Translations under genes and position numbers: made by a program
In this document: one piece after another, positions 28,531 through 36,428 of the stretch
Numbering within the stretch: position 1 is the first letter of the stretch
Layout of the letters: each line of letters opens with the position of its first letter
Notes under the pieces: model-generated
Told to the model about the DNA's origin: nothing
The model's input: the letters and a program-made list of their open reading frames with translations, nothing else
Database searches by the model: none
From: Candidatus Omnitrophota bacterium
Lineage (GTDB): Bacteria > Omnitrophota > Gorgyraeia > JAFGHF01
Length of the DNA: 64,000 nucleotides
Reading direction: 5' to 3'
Assembly: GCA_042571705.1 (NCBI GenBank)
Contig: JBHPFV010000004.1
Location: forward strand, 7,167 to 71,166

Positions 28531-29283
28531 CTAAACGCTTCTGGCCTTCTCTTTTTGGATCCGGGCCTTGACCTTCTCTAAATCTTCCGGTGTATCCACG
28601 CCAATAGTATCAAAATTGGTCTCAATAAGTTTAATCTTATATCCGTGCTCTAAGGCCCGCAGCTGCTCTAAGCGCTCGACCTGCTCCAGCTCGCCCACCG
28701 GCAAATTTGTAAAAGTAAAAAGAAAATCTTTTGTATAGGCGTAAAGGCCGATGTGCTTATAAAAAAGCAGCTGATCGGGGATATTAAAAGAAGAGCGGGG
28801 ATGCGGGATCAGTGAACGTGAAAAATAAATGGCGAAATTATTTTTATCCTTGACCGCCTTGACCACATTAGGGTCTCGTAATTCATTTTGGTCCTCAATG
28901 CGGTGAATTAGCGTAGCCATGGGCGGGTCAGACTGCTGCTCAAGAGCATCGACTAAATCGTTAATCATCGAGAAGTGAATTAAGGGCTCATCGGCTTGAA
29001 TATTGACCACAATCTCAGCGTCGATCGGGTTAACCACCTCAGTTAAGCGATCCGTACCCGATTGATGCTCTTTCGCGGTCAGCACCGCCCGGCCGCCAAA
29101 TTTTTCTACGGCCTGGACAATCCTTTCATCATCGGTAGCGATCAGTAACTCTTCTAAGGAGGTAGCCTTCAGCGCCGCTTCGTAAGTATATTGAATTAAC
29201 GGCCGGTCAAATATTGGGGCCAGGCATTTTCCTGGAAAACGGCTAGATTCATATCGTGCCGGGATTACGCCAATTGCTTTCAT
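28531..29283 (-). CDS. kdsB: 3-deoxy-manno-octulosonate cytidylyltransferase (CMP-Kdo synthetase)
   Basis: IPARYESSRFPGK, GTDR, VNIQADEP. Confidence 0.9.
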   Translation of the reverse strand: MKAIGVIPARYESSRFPGKCLAPIFDRPLIQYTYEAALKATSLEELLIATDDERIVQAVEKFGGRAVLTAKEHQSGTDRLTEVVNPIDAEIVVNIQADEPLIHFSMINDLVDALEQQSDPPMATLIHRIEDQNELRDPNVVKAVKDKNNFAIYFSRSLIPHPRSSFNIPDQLLFYKHIGLYAYTKDFLFTFTNLPVGELEQVERLEQLRALEHGYKIKLIETNFDTIGVDTPEDLEKVKARIQKEKARSV

Positions 29284-29313
29284 GTGTTAAGCACCTCCTA
29301 AAAACCAACGGGT

Positions 29314-30300
29314 TTATTTATCTAGCCGATCTGATAACTCTTTGGCTGTGGCTACAGTTACCCCTACTTTGCCGACCACGATGCCAGCGGCATAATTAGC
29401 AATATGCGCGGCTTCTAACATCGAGGCCCCGCTGGCTAAAGCCGCGGTAGCGGTGGCGATTACGGTGTCTCCGGCGCCGGAGACGTCGAATACCTCCTGA
29501 GCCACAGTGGGGATATGAATTGACTTAGCGTCGCGTTCAAACAGCCGCATCCCATCCTCACCAAGAGTAACTAAAATCGCTTGAGCAGACTGCTCAGCTA
29601 GTAAGCTCTGTCCGGCTTGCTCTAAATCCTGTTCATTCTTAATTTCCTTGCCGGTGACCTTGGCGGCCTCGTGGTGATTAGGGGTAATCAGGGTCGTATT
29701 TTGATAAAAAGAGAAATGATTTTCTTTCGGATCCACGGTAATAATTTTATCGTGCTGCTGAGCCAGTTTTACCGTTTCCTCTAAAAGCTCGGGCACGATT
29801 ACGCCTTTGCCATAGTCCTCAATCAGCACCGCATCGACATCAGCTATCTTTTCTTTTAAGTAGCTGAGCATCTGCTTAACGACATTACTATCTATGTTAT
29901 TAACGTCTTCCCGGTCGATCCGCACTACCTGCTGATGGTGGGCAATCACCCGCGTCTTCAAAGTAGTCGGCCGCTCATGGTCAACGATCACCCCGGCGAC
30001 ATCAATATCCTTCCTGCGCAAATCATCCGTAATCACCCGGCCGCGCTCATCACCGCCGATTACGCCGCAGATCAGGCATTTTGGCCCTAAGGCATGAATA
30101 TTGTTGGCTACGTTAGCCGCGCCACCCGGCATAAATGACTCAGAATTGACCCAGACCACAGGTACCGGCGCCTCCGGGGAAATTCGCGAGACTTTGCCCC
30201 AAATAAATTCGTCTAAGATCAAATCGCCGATAACTAATACCTTGGCCCGCTTGAAATTAGTCACAATCTTCTTCAGATTCGCTTTATTCAGCTTTGCCAT
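29314..30300 (-). CDS. hldA: D-glycero-beta-D-manno-heptose-7-phosphate kinase (RfaE/HldE domain I only)
   Basis: pfkB-type kinase: VLVIGDLILDEFIWGKVSRISPEAPVPVV, DVSGAGDTV. There is no fused adenylyltransferase domain. Confidence 0.85.
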   Translation of the reverse strand: MAKLNKANLKKIVTNFKRAKVLVIGDLILDEFIWGKVSRISPEAPVPVVWVNSESFMPGGAANVANNIHALGPKCLICGVIGGDERGRVITDDLRRKDIDVAGVIVDHERPTTLKTRVIAHHQQVVRIDREDVNNIDSNVVKQMLSYLKEKIADVDAVLIEDYGKGVIVPELLEETVKLAQQHDKIITVDPKENHFSFYQNTTLITPNHHEAAKVTGKEIKNEQDLEQAGQSLLAEQSAQAILVTLGEDGMRLFERDAKSIHIPTVAQEVFDVSGAGDTVIATATAALASGASMLEAAHIANYAAGIVVGKVGVTVATAKELSDRLDK

Positions 30301-30333
30301 TTTTTCCCCTTCTTTTGTCTCAACAGAAGAAAT

Positions 30334-30362
30334 ATTTTAGCACGTAACGCATGCTCTGTCAA
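30334..30362 (-). promoter_or_regulatory. Strong sigma70-type promoter for the heptose/Kdo/Lpt operon (TTGACA-17 nt-TAAAAT)
   Basis: Minus-strand read: -35 at 30357-30362, -10 at 30334-30339. SD AAGAAGGGG lies before ATG 30300. Confidence 0.6.
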
Positions 30363-30419
30363 ATAAATAAGTTAACGTCTGCGCTATCTTGGTAAGGGGG
30401 TCAGGCGGGCTTGAAGGGG

Positions 30420-32141
30420 CTATTCTTCCTGCGTCACCCTGATTACTTCCGCAGGGGTGGTTAAACCGCTTTTTACCTTTCCCCAGCCATCCTGGCGCAG
30501 GGTGTGCATCCCGCTGGCAATGGCCTGCTTGCGGATTTCGCTGGCTGAGGCCCGATTAAGAATTAGCTCCCGGACTGGATCCTTCATCAGTAAAAACTCA
30601 TAAATACCGGTCCGGCCGCGGTAGCCGGTAAATTTACAAAATTCACAACCCCGGCCGGAAAAGAATTTCATTGTGGCTGAGTCTGCTTCGGGAGGAAGTT
30701 GCAATTCGCGCAAGACTTCAGGTTCAAGTTTTGTTTGCTGTTTGCATTTCGGACAAACCAGACGGACCAGCCGCTGGGCGACAAAACATTCTACCGAGGA
30801 AGAAATCAAATAGGGCTCAATTCCGATATCCAGCAGCCTGACTACCCCGCCGGCGGCATCAGAGGTATGCACGGTACTAAAAACCAAGTGGCCGGTCAAA
30901 GCCACCCGGATAGTAATTTCGGCTGTCTCGATGTCCCGGACCTCTCCAACCATCATTACGTCGGGATCGTGCCTGAGCATCGAACGTAACCCTTGAGCAA
31001 AACTTAAACCAATCAAAGGCTGGACCTGGATCTGGGTAATCCCGCGGATTTGATATTCAATCGGGTCTTCGATAGTGATAATCTTCTTTTTGGCGTCATT
31101 GATTTGGTTCAGGCAGGCATAAAGGGTGGTGGTCTTGCCGCTTCCGGTAGGTCCGGTAACAAAAATAATCCCGTTTGGATTTTTGATCAACTTTTCCAAG
31201 ATCTCTAAATCATTTTTTGAAATGCCTAAGTTCTCAAGATTATAAAGCATGCTCGGCACCAGAATCCGGATATCGATGCTTTCCCCGTAAGGAGTAGGCA
31301 GGATTGAAATCCGCAGGTCCAAATCCCGGTCTTCAAACCTGACCAGGATCCGTCCGTCTTGCGGCAGGCGTCTTTCGGCAATATCCAGATTAGACATGAT
31401 TTTAATCCGCGAGACAATACTGGAATGAAAATGTTTAATCTCCTCCGGGACATTAGCGTCATAAAGCACGCCGTCAACCCGATACCTGATCCGCAGCTGG
31501 TTCTCAAACGGCTCAATATGAATATCAGTGGCCCGATCAGTGACAGCCTGGTGAATGATTTGATTAACAAATTTGACTATCGAGGCATCCTCAGCCATGT
31601 CTGCTAAGTCTTCGACTCCGGCCTGATAAGTCGTCAACCCCTGCAGGCCTTCAGGCGCAGCCACCATTTTCTCTACCGTGTCCGCCCCCACGCCATAGTA
31701 TTTCCTGATGCTCTCTAAAATATCTTTTTCCGCAGCCAGGACTGGATTAATTTCTAAATCTAACAAAAGGCGTAAATCATCTAAGACCTGGATATTCATT
31801 GGATCGCTAACCGCAATAGTCAGGACCTGATCTTTCTTTTTTAAGGGGATTAATCTGTAGTGGCAGGCAAATTTCGCCGGGACTACTTTAATTACTTCGG
31901 GACTAACTTTAATCTCGCCTAACTTGACATAAGTAAAGCCTAATTGCTCCGAGAGCACAGGCAAAAGTTGTTCGTCTTTTATGAACCCCAACTTAGTGAT
32001 AATTGTGCCAATAAACCCGCCGGTTTTCTTTTGTTCCTGCAAGGCCAGGTCTAACTGATCAATAGTCAGCAATCCTTTATTGATCAACAACTCTCCCAGC
32101 AATGCATCTTTTCTGCTGCTATCTTCCATATTCGGGCTCAA
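30420..32141 (-). CDS. Type II/IV secretion ATPase (GspE/PilB/MshE family) with an N-terminal T2SSE_N/MshEN-type domain
   Basis: Walker A GPTGSGKTTTLYA, Asp/His boxes, tetracysteine CPKC...CEFC. The N-terminus is LLGELLINKGLLTIDQLDLALQEQ. Confidence 0.9.
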   Translation of the reverse strand: MSPNMEDSSRKDALLGELLINKGLLTIDQLDLALQEQKKTGGFIGTIITKLGFIKDEQLLPVLSEQLGFTYVKLGEIKVSPEVIKVVPAKFACHYRLIPLKKKDQVLTIAVSDPMNIQVLDDLRLLLDLEINPVLAAEKDILESIRKYYGVGADTVEKMVAAPEGLQGLTTYQAGVEDLADMAEDASIVKFVNQIIHQAVTDRATDIHIEPFENQLRIRYRVDGVLYDANVPEEIKHFHSSIVSRIKIMSNLDIAERRLPQDGRILVRFEDRDLDLRISILPTPYGESIDIRILVPSMLYNLENLGISKNDLEILEKLIKNPNGIIFVTGPTGSGKTTTLYACLNQINDAKKKIITIEDPIEYQIRGITQIQVQPLIGLSFAQGLRSMLRHDPDVMMVGEVRDIETAEITIRVALTGHLVFSTVHTSDAAGGVVRLLDIGIEPYLISSSVECFVAQRLVRLVCPKCKQQTKLEPEVLRELQLPPEADSATMKFFSGRGCEFCKFTGYRGRTGIYEFLLMKDPVRELILNRASASEIRKQAIASGMHTLRQDGWGKVKSGLTTPAEVIRVTQEE

Positions 32142-34096
32142 TTTCCAAATTCTACGCTTAAAATAAAGGTCTCCTGGTCCTGAAGATAGTCCTTGGGAAA
32201 AGGCGAAAACGGGGCCGCCCCGGAAACACTTTGCACAATTAAATCTTCTACTTCTTGATCTACAAAAGATAGAATCTCAGGCCGGCCTTGTAAAGAACCA
32301 TCGTAAGCCAGGACAAAACTTAATTCGGCTTCCTGGCGCTTGATTTGCCTGGGCGTGTTCTGCTGCAACTGTTGCTCAATCTCATCGGTCAAATAATCGC
32401 AATATTCCCGGAAATTGCCATAAAACCCAATCGGCTCAGCGGTAATTTTAGACAGCTCCAGGTCTAAGTCGGCTGACTCTAGCTCCGGCTCTAGCCAAAT
32501 CAATTGATCATCTTTTTTCGTATTTAGGGCCAGTTGATCCGGCTCTGCTTCAGCATCGACTCCGGTCTGTTGGTGATCATCTAAATAAGGAATCATCTCG
32601 CCCTCAAAATCATCGTCTTCTGAAATAATCGTGGGGGTGAGAAAAATTACTAATTCTATTTTCTCATCTTCCTGACCCCGGCTCTGAAAGACGTGACCGA
32701 TGATCGGGATATCGGCTAAGAAGGGCAGCCGTTCAGTATTATCTTTACGGGTATCCTTCATTAGCCCGGCCATAATAATAGTCGTGCCGTCTTTAACCAT
32801 TAGTTGGGTCTCGGCCTCAGAGGTGGTCACAATGGGCACGCTGGTGCGTACGCTACCGTCGGGATTGGTTAATTCCAAGGTGGTCGGGGCTGAGCTGACC
32901 TCCGGCTTAATCTTCATGGAGATGTAACCGTCGCGGCTAATTGTCGGGGTCACCGCCAGACTTACTCCGACATTGACAAATTCGACATTGTCGGCGGTAG
33001 TAGTGGTGCCGTCGGTCTGAGTAACGGTCGAGGTCACATAGGCCTCTCTGGTTCCGATCAATACTTTTGCCTCTTCGTTGTTAGAGACTACAATTCTAGG
33101 CGTGGAAAGCACATTGGCCTTACCCAACGTATCCAAAAGACGTAAGATTACTTGGTCGCCATATTCAGTCGCCCCATGAGCCCGGGTATATGTAAAAGTA
33201 GTGTCTTCGGTCACACCGGCTAGATTAATCGAAAGGTCGGACCGGGCGATTGTATCAATGCCGGCAAAGACATTATTCCAGTTAACCCCGTAACCAAGAT
33301 CTTTATTTAAAGTAAGCTGAATGATCTTGGCCTCAATCAGCACGACCATGTCCTTCTCATCAAAATCATCGATCACCCTGGAGATATACTCAATCCTTTC
33401 CGGCAGATCGGTAATAATTAGTTTGTTCATCCGCTCATCAACTTTAACCTGACCTAAATTTTTAGTCAATGACTCACTTATCTTTTCCGCGACATCTTTG
33501 GCCTGGGCAAAGTTTAGCGTAAAGGTCTCGGTAGTGGTGGCTAAATCCATGCTTTTGACTGCCGCTTCCATCTGTTTAATTTTATCAGGCACATCCATCA
33601 GCACCAGCGTATTGGAGCTCTGATCAACAATAACTTTGCCGATTTTGCTTTTGATTTGATTAAGCGCTTTACTCACCTCCACGGCTTTGGCAAATTCCAG
33701 CCGAATGATTTTCGCTATTTTCTTATCATAACTTTTCTCACCATACAAAAGCTCATAATCTCTTTCGCTCATCACATTGATAATCTCACCCTGCTTTTCA
33801 TAGGCTAAGTCATTGGCGGCTAAAATAATCTCTAAGGCATCGATCACTTCTACATTTTTAAGAAACAGGGTTACTTTGCCGCGGACGTTCTTGCCGGCCA
33901 CTATATTAAGATTTCCGCGCATGGCTAAGATTTTTAGCACATCAACAATATCCATCCCCTTCATATCCAGAGAGACCTTTCCCGCCGAGACGCTGGAGCT
34001 CTGGGCATCGGCAACTTGACTCTCCGGCTGAGCCGATAAAATCGCAGGGATAATTAATAAGCAGGTTAAAAGATAGATCGTGACCGGCTTTTTCAT
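32138..34096 (-). CDS. Secretin (GspD/PilQ/MshL family) with a 160-aa C-terminal extension
   Basis: Signal peptide, N0-like domain (DIVDVLKILA...NIV...V), secretin core (VLSTPRIVVSNNEEAKVLIG...IELVIFLTPTII), then an acidic linker and a TonB-C/TolA-like tail. Confidence 0.9.
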   Translation of the reverse strand: MKKPVTIYLLTCLLIIPAILSAQPESQVADAQSSSVSAGKVSLDMKGMDIVDVLKILAMRGNLNIVAGKNVRGKVTLFLKNVEVIDALEIILAANDLAYEKQGEIINVMSERDYELLYGEKSYDKKIAKIIRLEFAKAVEVSKALNQIKSKIGKVIVDQSSNTLVLMDVPDKIKQMEAAVKSMDLATTTETFTLNFAQAKDVAEKISESLTKNLGQVKVDERMNKLIITDLPERIEYISRVIDDFDEKDMVVLIEAKIIQLTLNKDLGYGVNWNNVFAGIDTIARSDLSINLAGVTEDTTFTYTRAHGATEYGDQVILRLLDTLGKANVLSTPRIVVSNNEEAKVLIGTREAYVTSTVTQTDGTTTTADNVEFVNVGVSLAVTPTISRDGYISMKIKPEVSSAPTTLELTNPDGSVRTSVPIVTTSEAETQLMVKDGTTIIMAGLMKDTRKDNTERLPFLADIPIIGHVFQSRGQEDEKIELVIFLTPTIISEDDDFEGEMIPYLDDHQQTGVDAEAEPDQLALNTKKDDQLIWLEPELESADLDLELSKITAEPIGFYGNFREYCDYLTDEIEQQLQQNTPRQIKRQEAELSFVLAYDGSLQGRPEILSFVDQEVEDLIVQSVSGAAPFSPFPKDYLQDQETFILSVEFGN

Positions 34097-34136
34097 CTTT
34101 TTCGCTCCCTTAATTTTAGCCTACGTTTTTTTGCTT

Positions 34137-34700
34137 TTATAACGCTAACTCCGCTTCTTGCCCGTGATAATTTAACTTAACTTTTCCCGGAAGGATTTCT
34201 GTCAATTCAATCTCGCCGATATATCCGCCTGGAGAAAGAAAATGAACTTTTTTTGTCCGCGTATCTTCAATCACCGCTTGTGGTTCTGGTCCGGAAATAA
34301 TCCCTTGTAGCTTCAATTGGGAAACTATTTCAGTAAACGTTGCCGAAGGCGCAAGCGCTGCTGTTGTCGGGCCGGAATCTGCGAACAGGCCTTTTGCCTT
34401 TATCGGCTCCAGATAATAAGCTAGTGGCTTGGCCGTTTCAACTTCAGGGGATAACTGTCGCGGCAAGCTCAACGCCTGCGGAGTAAACTGAACCGGTCTT
34501 TGCGGCCGAGCGCTGAGCAAATCGAAGATGAAATATGCCGCTAACAGCGCTAAGACCGGCAACAGGATCGGGAAAAACCTTTGCTCTGGATCGCGCTTAG
34601 TCAGTTTAGGTTGAGCAATCTGATTTTTCTGAGCTGTTTTTTTAGCTGGTTTACGAATCAGGCGCAACAGCCGTTCTTCCGGGCTAATATTGTCCTGCAT
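34137..34700 (-). CDS. Bitopic inner-membrane protein, GspC/PilP-like (putative secretin-coupling component)
   Basis: One TM segment (FFPILLPVLALLAAYFIFDLL). The C-terminus LKLQGIISGPEPQAVIED..TKKVHFLSPGGYIGEIELTEILPGKVKL resembles the GspC-HR/PilP beta-sandwich pattern. Position is immediately upstream of the secretin. Confidence 0.35.
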   Translation of the reverse strand: MQDNISPEERLLRLIRKPAKKTAQKNQIAQPKLTKRDPEQRFFPILLPVLALLAAYFIFDLLSARPQRPVQFTPQALSLPRQLSPEVETAKPLAYYLEPIKAKGLFADSGPTTAALAPSATFTEIVSQLKLQGIISGPEPQAVIEDTRTKKVHFLSPGGYIGEIELTEILPGKVKLNYHGQEAELAL

Positions 34701-34703
34701 CTT

Positions 34704-35531
34704 TTATCCTATTCCTACCTTAACTTCATCTTCAATTAACGACTGGATCAAATCGGTATCAACTATCTCCCGGCCGCTCATTACACAGGCCTCCAGGGCG
34801 TTATGGCACAAAATGGAAATCCGGCGCGGGTACCCTTGAGTCTGCTCAAAAATTAACTTGATCGCCTCTTCAGTGAACAGGCTGCCCGCGGAATCAAGTC
34901 CGGCCTGTTGCAGCCGAAACAGGATCATCTCTTTGGTTTCCTGCTGATCCAGCGGATTGATAATATATTTTAGACTGACCCGGTCTAAAAAGTTCTTAAT
35001 CTTTTTAAGCCGCGGCAAGATTTCCATCTGGGCGACAATGACTAATTGTAAAAGTTTATACTCATTGGTTTCGTAATTTAGCAAAATCCGCAAAATCTCC
35101 AAAAAATCGGGGGTCAGCTTCTGGCCTTCATCGATCAGTAAGACGATGGTCTTATTTTCTTCTACTCCCTGTTTGAATAAAAATTTCTCCAAGGCCTCTT
35201 TATAGTCTAACGTCGAACGGAAGTTGGGTTTAGTGTCCATCATCCGGGTCAGCGCCGCTAAGAATTGAAATTCAGATTTGTAAGAGGGGTCTAAAATCAT
35301 GTAAAACCGGAAGTCCTCCTCGTCATGAAAGTTCTGCAGCAGGGTCCGGCTTAATGTCGTCTTGCCGGTACCCACGTCACCTAAAATCAGGCTCAAGCCC
35401 CTTCTTAATCTAATCGCGATTTCCAATCTTTGCAGGGCCGTATTGTGAGCAAAAGAGCGATAAAAAAAAGCCGGATCAGGGCTTGTAGAAAAAGGCTCTT
35501 TGGTTAAATTAAGCTGGTTAAAATAACTCAT
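34704..35531 (-). CDS. ExeA/GspA/MshM-like AAA ATPase
   Basis: LTKEPFSTSPDPAFFYRS..H..AL..L...I....G...ILGDVGTGKTTL, LLIDEGQ. Confidence 0.85.
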   Translation of the reverse strand: MSYFNQLNLTKEPFSTSPDPAFFYRSFAHNTALQRLEIAIRLRRGLSLILGDVGTGKTTLSRTLLQNFHDEEDFRFYMILDPSYKSEFQFLAALTRMMDTKPNFRSTLDYKEALEKFLFKQGVEENKTIVLLIDEGQKLTPDFLEILRILLNYETNEYKLLQLVIVAQMEILPRLKKIKNFLDRVSLKYIINPLDQQETKEMILFRLQQAGLDSAGSLFTEEAIKLIFEQTQGYPRRISILCHNALEACVMSGREIVDTDLIQSLIEDEVKVGIG

Positions 35532-35761
35532 CAGTCCAAACGCTCCTTGATTTCCCTGATTGGACGATTTAGTTTACGTAATTGGCGGATGCGCAGTAAC
35601 CTTTCTAACGTACTTGAATTAAAATAACGAAACCGTGTTTCCGGACAGCGTCCGACCTCTTTAATTAAAGCAATTTTCAAATAGTACTTAATCGTATGCA
35701 CAGACTGTCCGGAGAGCCGGGCCAGATCTTTGACTAGATAAATATCTCTCATCTTGAACAC
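35531..35761 (-). CDS. Small MerR-type helix-turn-helix DNA-binding protein (no effector domain)
   Basis: YLVKDLARLSGQSVHTIKYYLKIALI...RFRYFNSSTLERLLRIRQLR. 76 aa, with a 1-nt overlap with the ExeA-like gene. Confidence 0.7.
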   Translation of the reverse strand: MFKMRDIYLVKDLARLSGQSVHTIKYYLKIALIKEVGRCPETRFRYFNSSTLERLLRIRQLRKLNRPIREIKERLD

Positions 35762-35764
35762 TCC

Positions 35765-35782
35765 ACTCTCTACCTAGAGAGT
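35765..35782. promoter_or_regulatory. Perfect 8+8 palindrome ACTCTCTA-CC-TAGAGAGT abutting the -10 element (candidate operator or 5' stem-loop)
   Basis: Read directly from the sequence. It lies between the -10 hexamer (35783-35788) and the SD GGAG of the HTH gene. Confidence 0.4.
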
Positions 35783-35811
35783 AGTTTAACACTAAAACAT
35801 AATGTTGTCAA
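35783..35811 (-). promoter_or_regulatory. Internal sigma70-type promoter (TTGACA-17 nt-TAAACT) ahead of the HTH-exeA-gspC-secretin-ATPase genes
   Basis: Minus-strand read: -35 at 35806-35811, -10 at 35783-35788, in the only sizeable gap (119 nt) of the pilus cluster. Confidence 0.55.
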
Positions 35812-35880
35812 CTATTTTATTATAAATTTACTTAGACTTACTTATGCTTTTAGATAGCTGGGGATTGAAAAAGGCTAGGG

Positions 35881-36417
35881 TTACTGGCTGGCTAAAATTT
35901 TGCTAATAATTAGGCGGGCTTTAAGCTGGGGGCTGGAGCTCTTTGCAGCCGTGATCCTTAAATTCTCTACCCTGATTAATTGTTCGGACTGCTGCAAGGT
36001 ATAAATAAACTTGATGTAGCCTTCCATGGTGGCTTGGCAATTCATCTCTAAAATGTATTTCTTACAAAACACCAAATCTTTGATCGGCTTGGGTCTGATG
36101 TTGGAGATATGGAGGGTTGAGTCTTTGGCCGTTTTTTCCACAAAGCGTAACAACGCGGTTACCTCTTCTTCGTCCACTCCCCCTTTCTGAATAACACCGG
36201 CCAGCTGACGATAGATATCCCTGACCTGCTCTTTTTGGCTAATGTATCTGATGTTGCTTTTCAGCTCTATTTCCTGTTCAAGAATTTGGCGATTGAGCTC
36301 TTGCCAGTTCGCGGCCAGCGGTCTGACAATAAAACTATAAACCACGGTCAAGCTAATCACCGCCAGCGTCAGCTGGATCAGCCGCCTTTCTCTTTGGGAA
36401 AGATTCGCAAAAAACAA
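35881..36417 (-). CDS. PilO/GspM-like bitopic pilus-assembly protein
   Basis: N-terminal TM (LIQLTLAVISLTVVYSFIV), a coiled-coil, and a ferredoxin-like C-terminus. Position is after the PilM-N gene. Confidence 0.5.
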   Translation of the reverse strand: MFFANLSQRERRLIQLTLAVISLTVVYSFIVRPLAANWQELNRQILEQEIELKSNIRYISQKEQVRDIYRQLAGVIQKGGVDEEEVTALLRFVEKTAKDSTLHISNIRPKPIKDLVFCKKYILEMNCQATMEGYIKFIYTLQQSEQLIRVENLRITAAKSSSPQLKARLIISKILASQ

Positions 36418-36428
36418 TTAGCGCTCCT

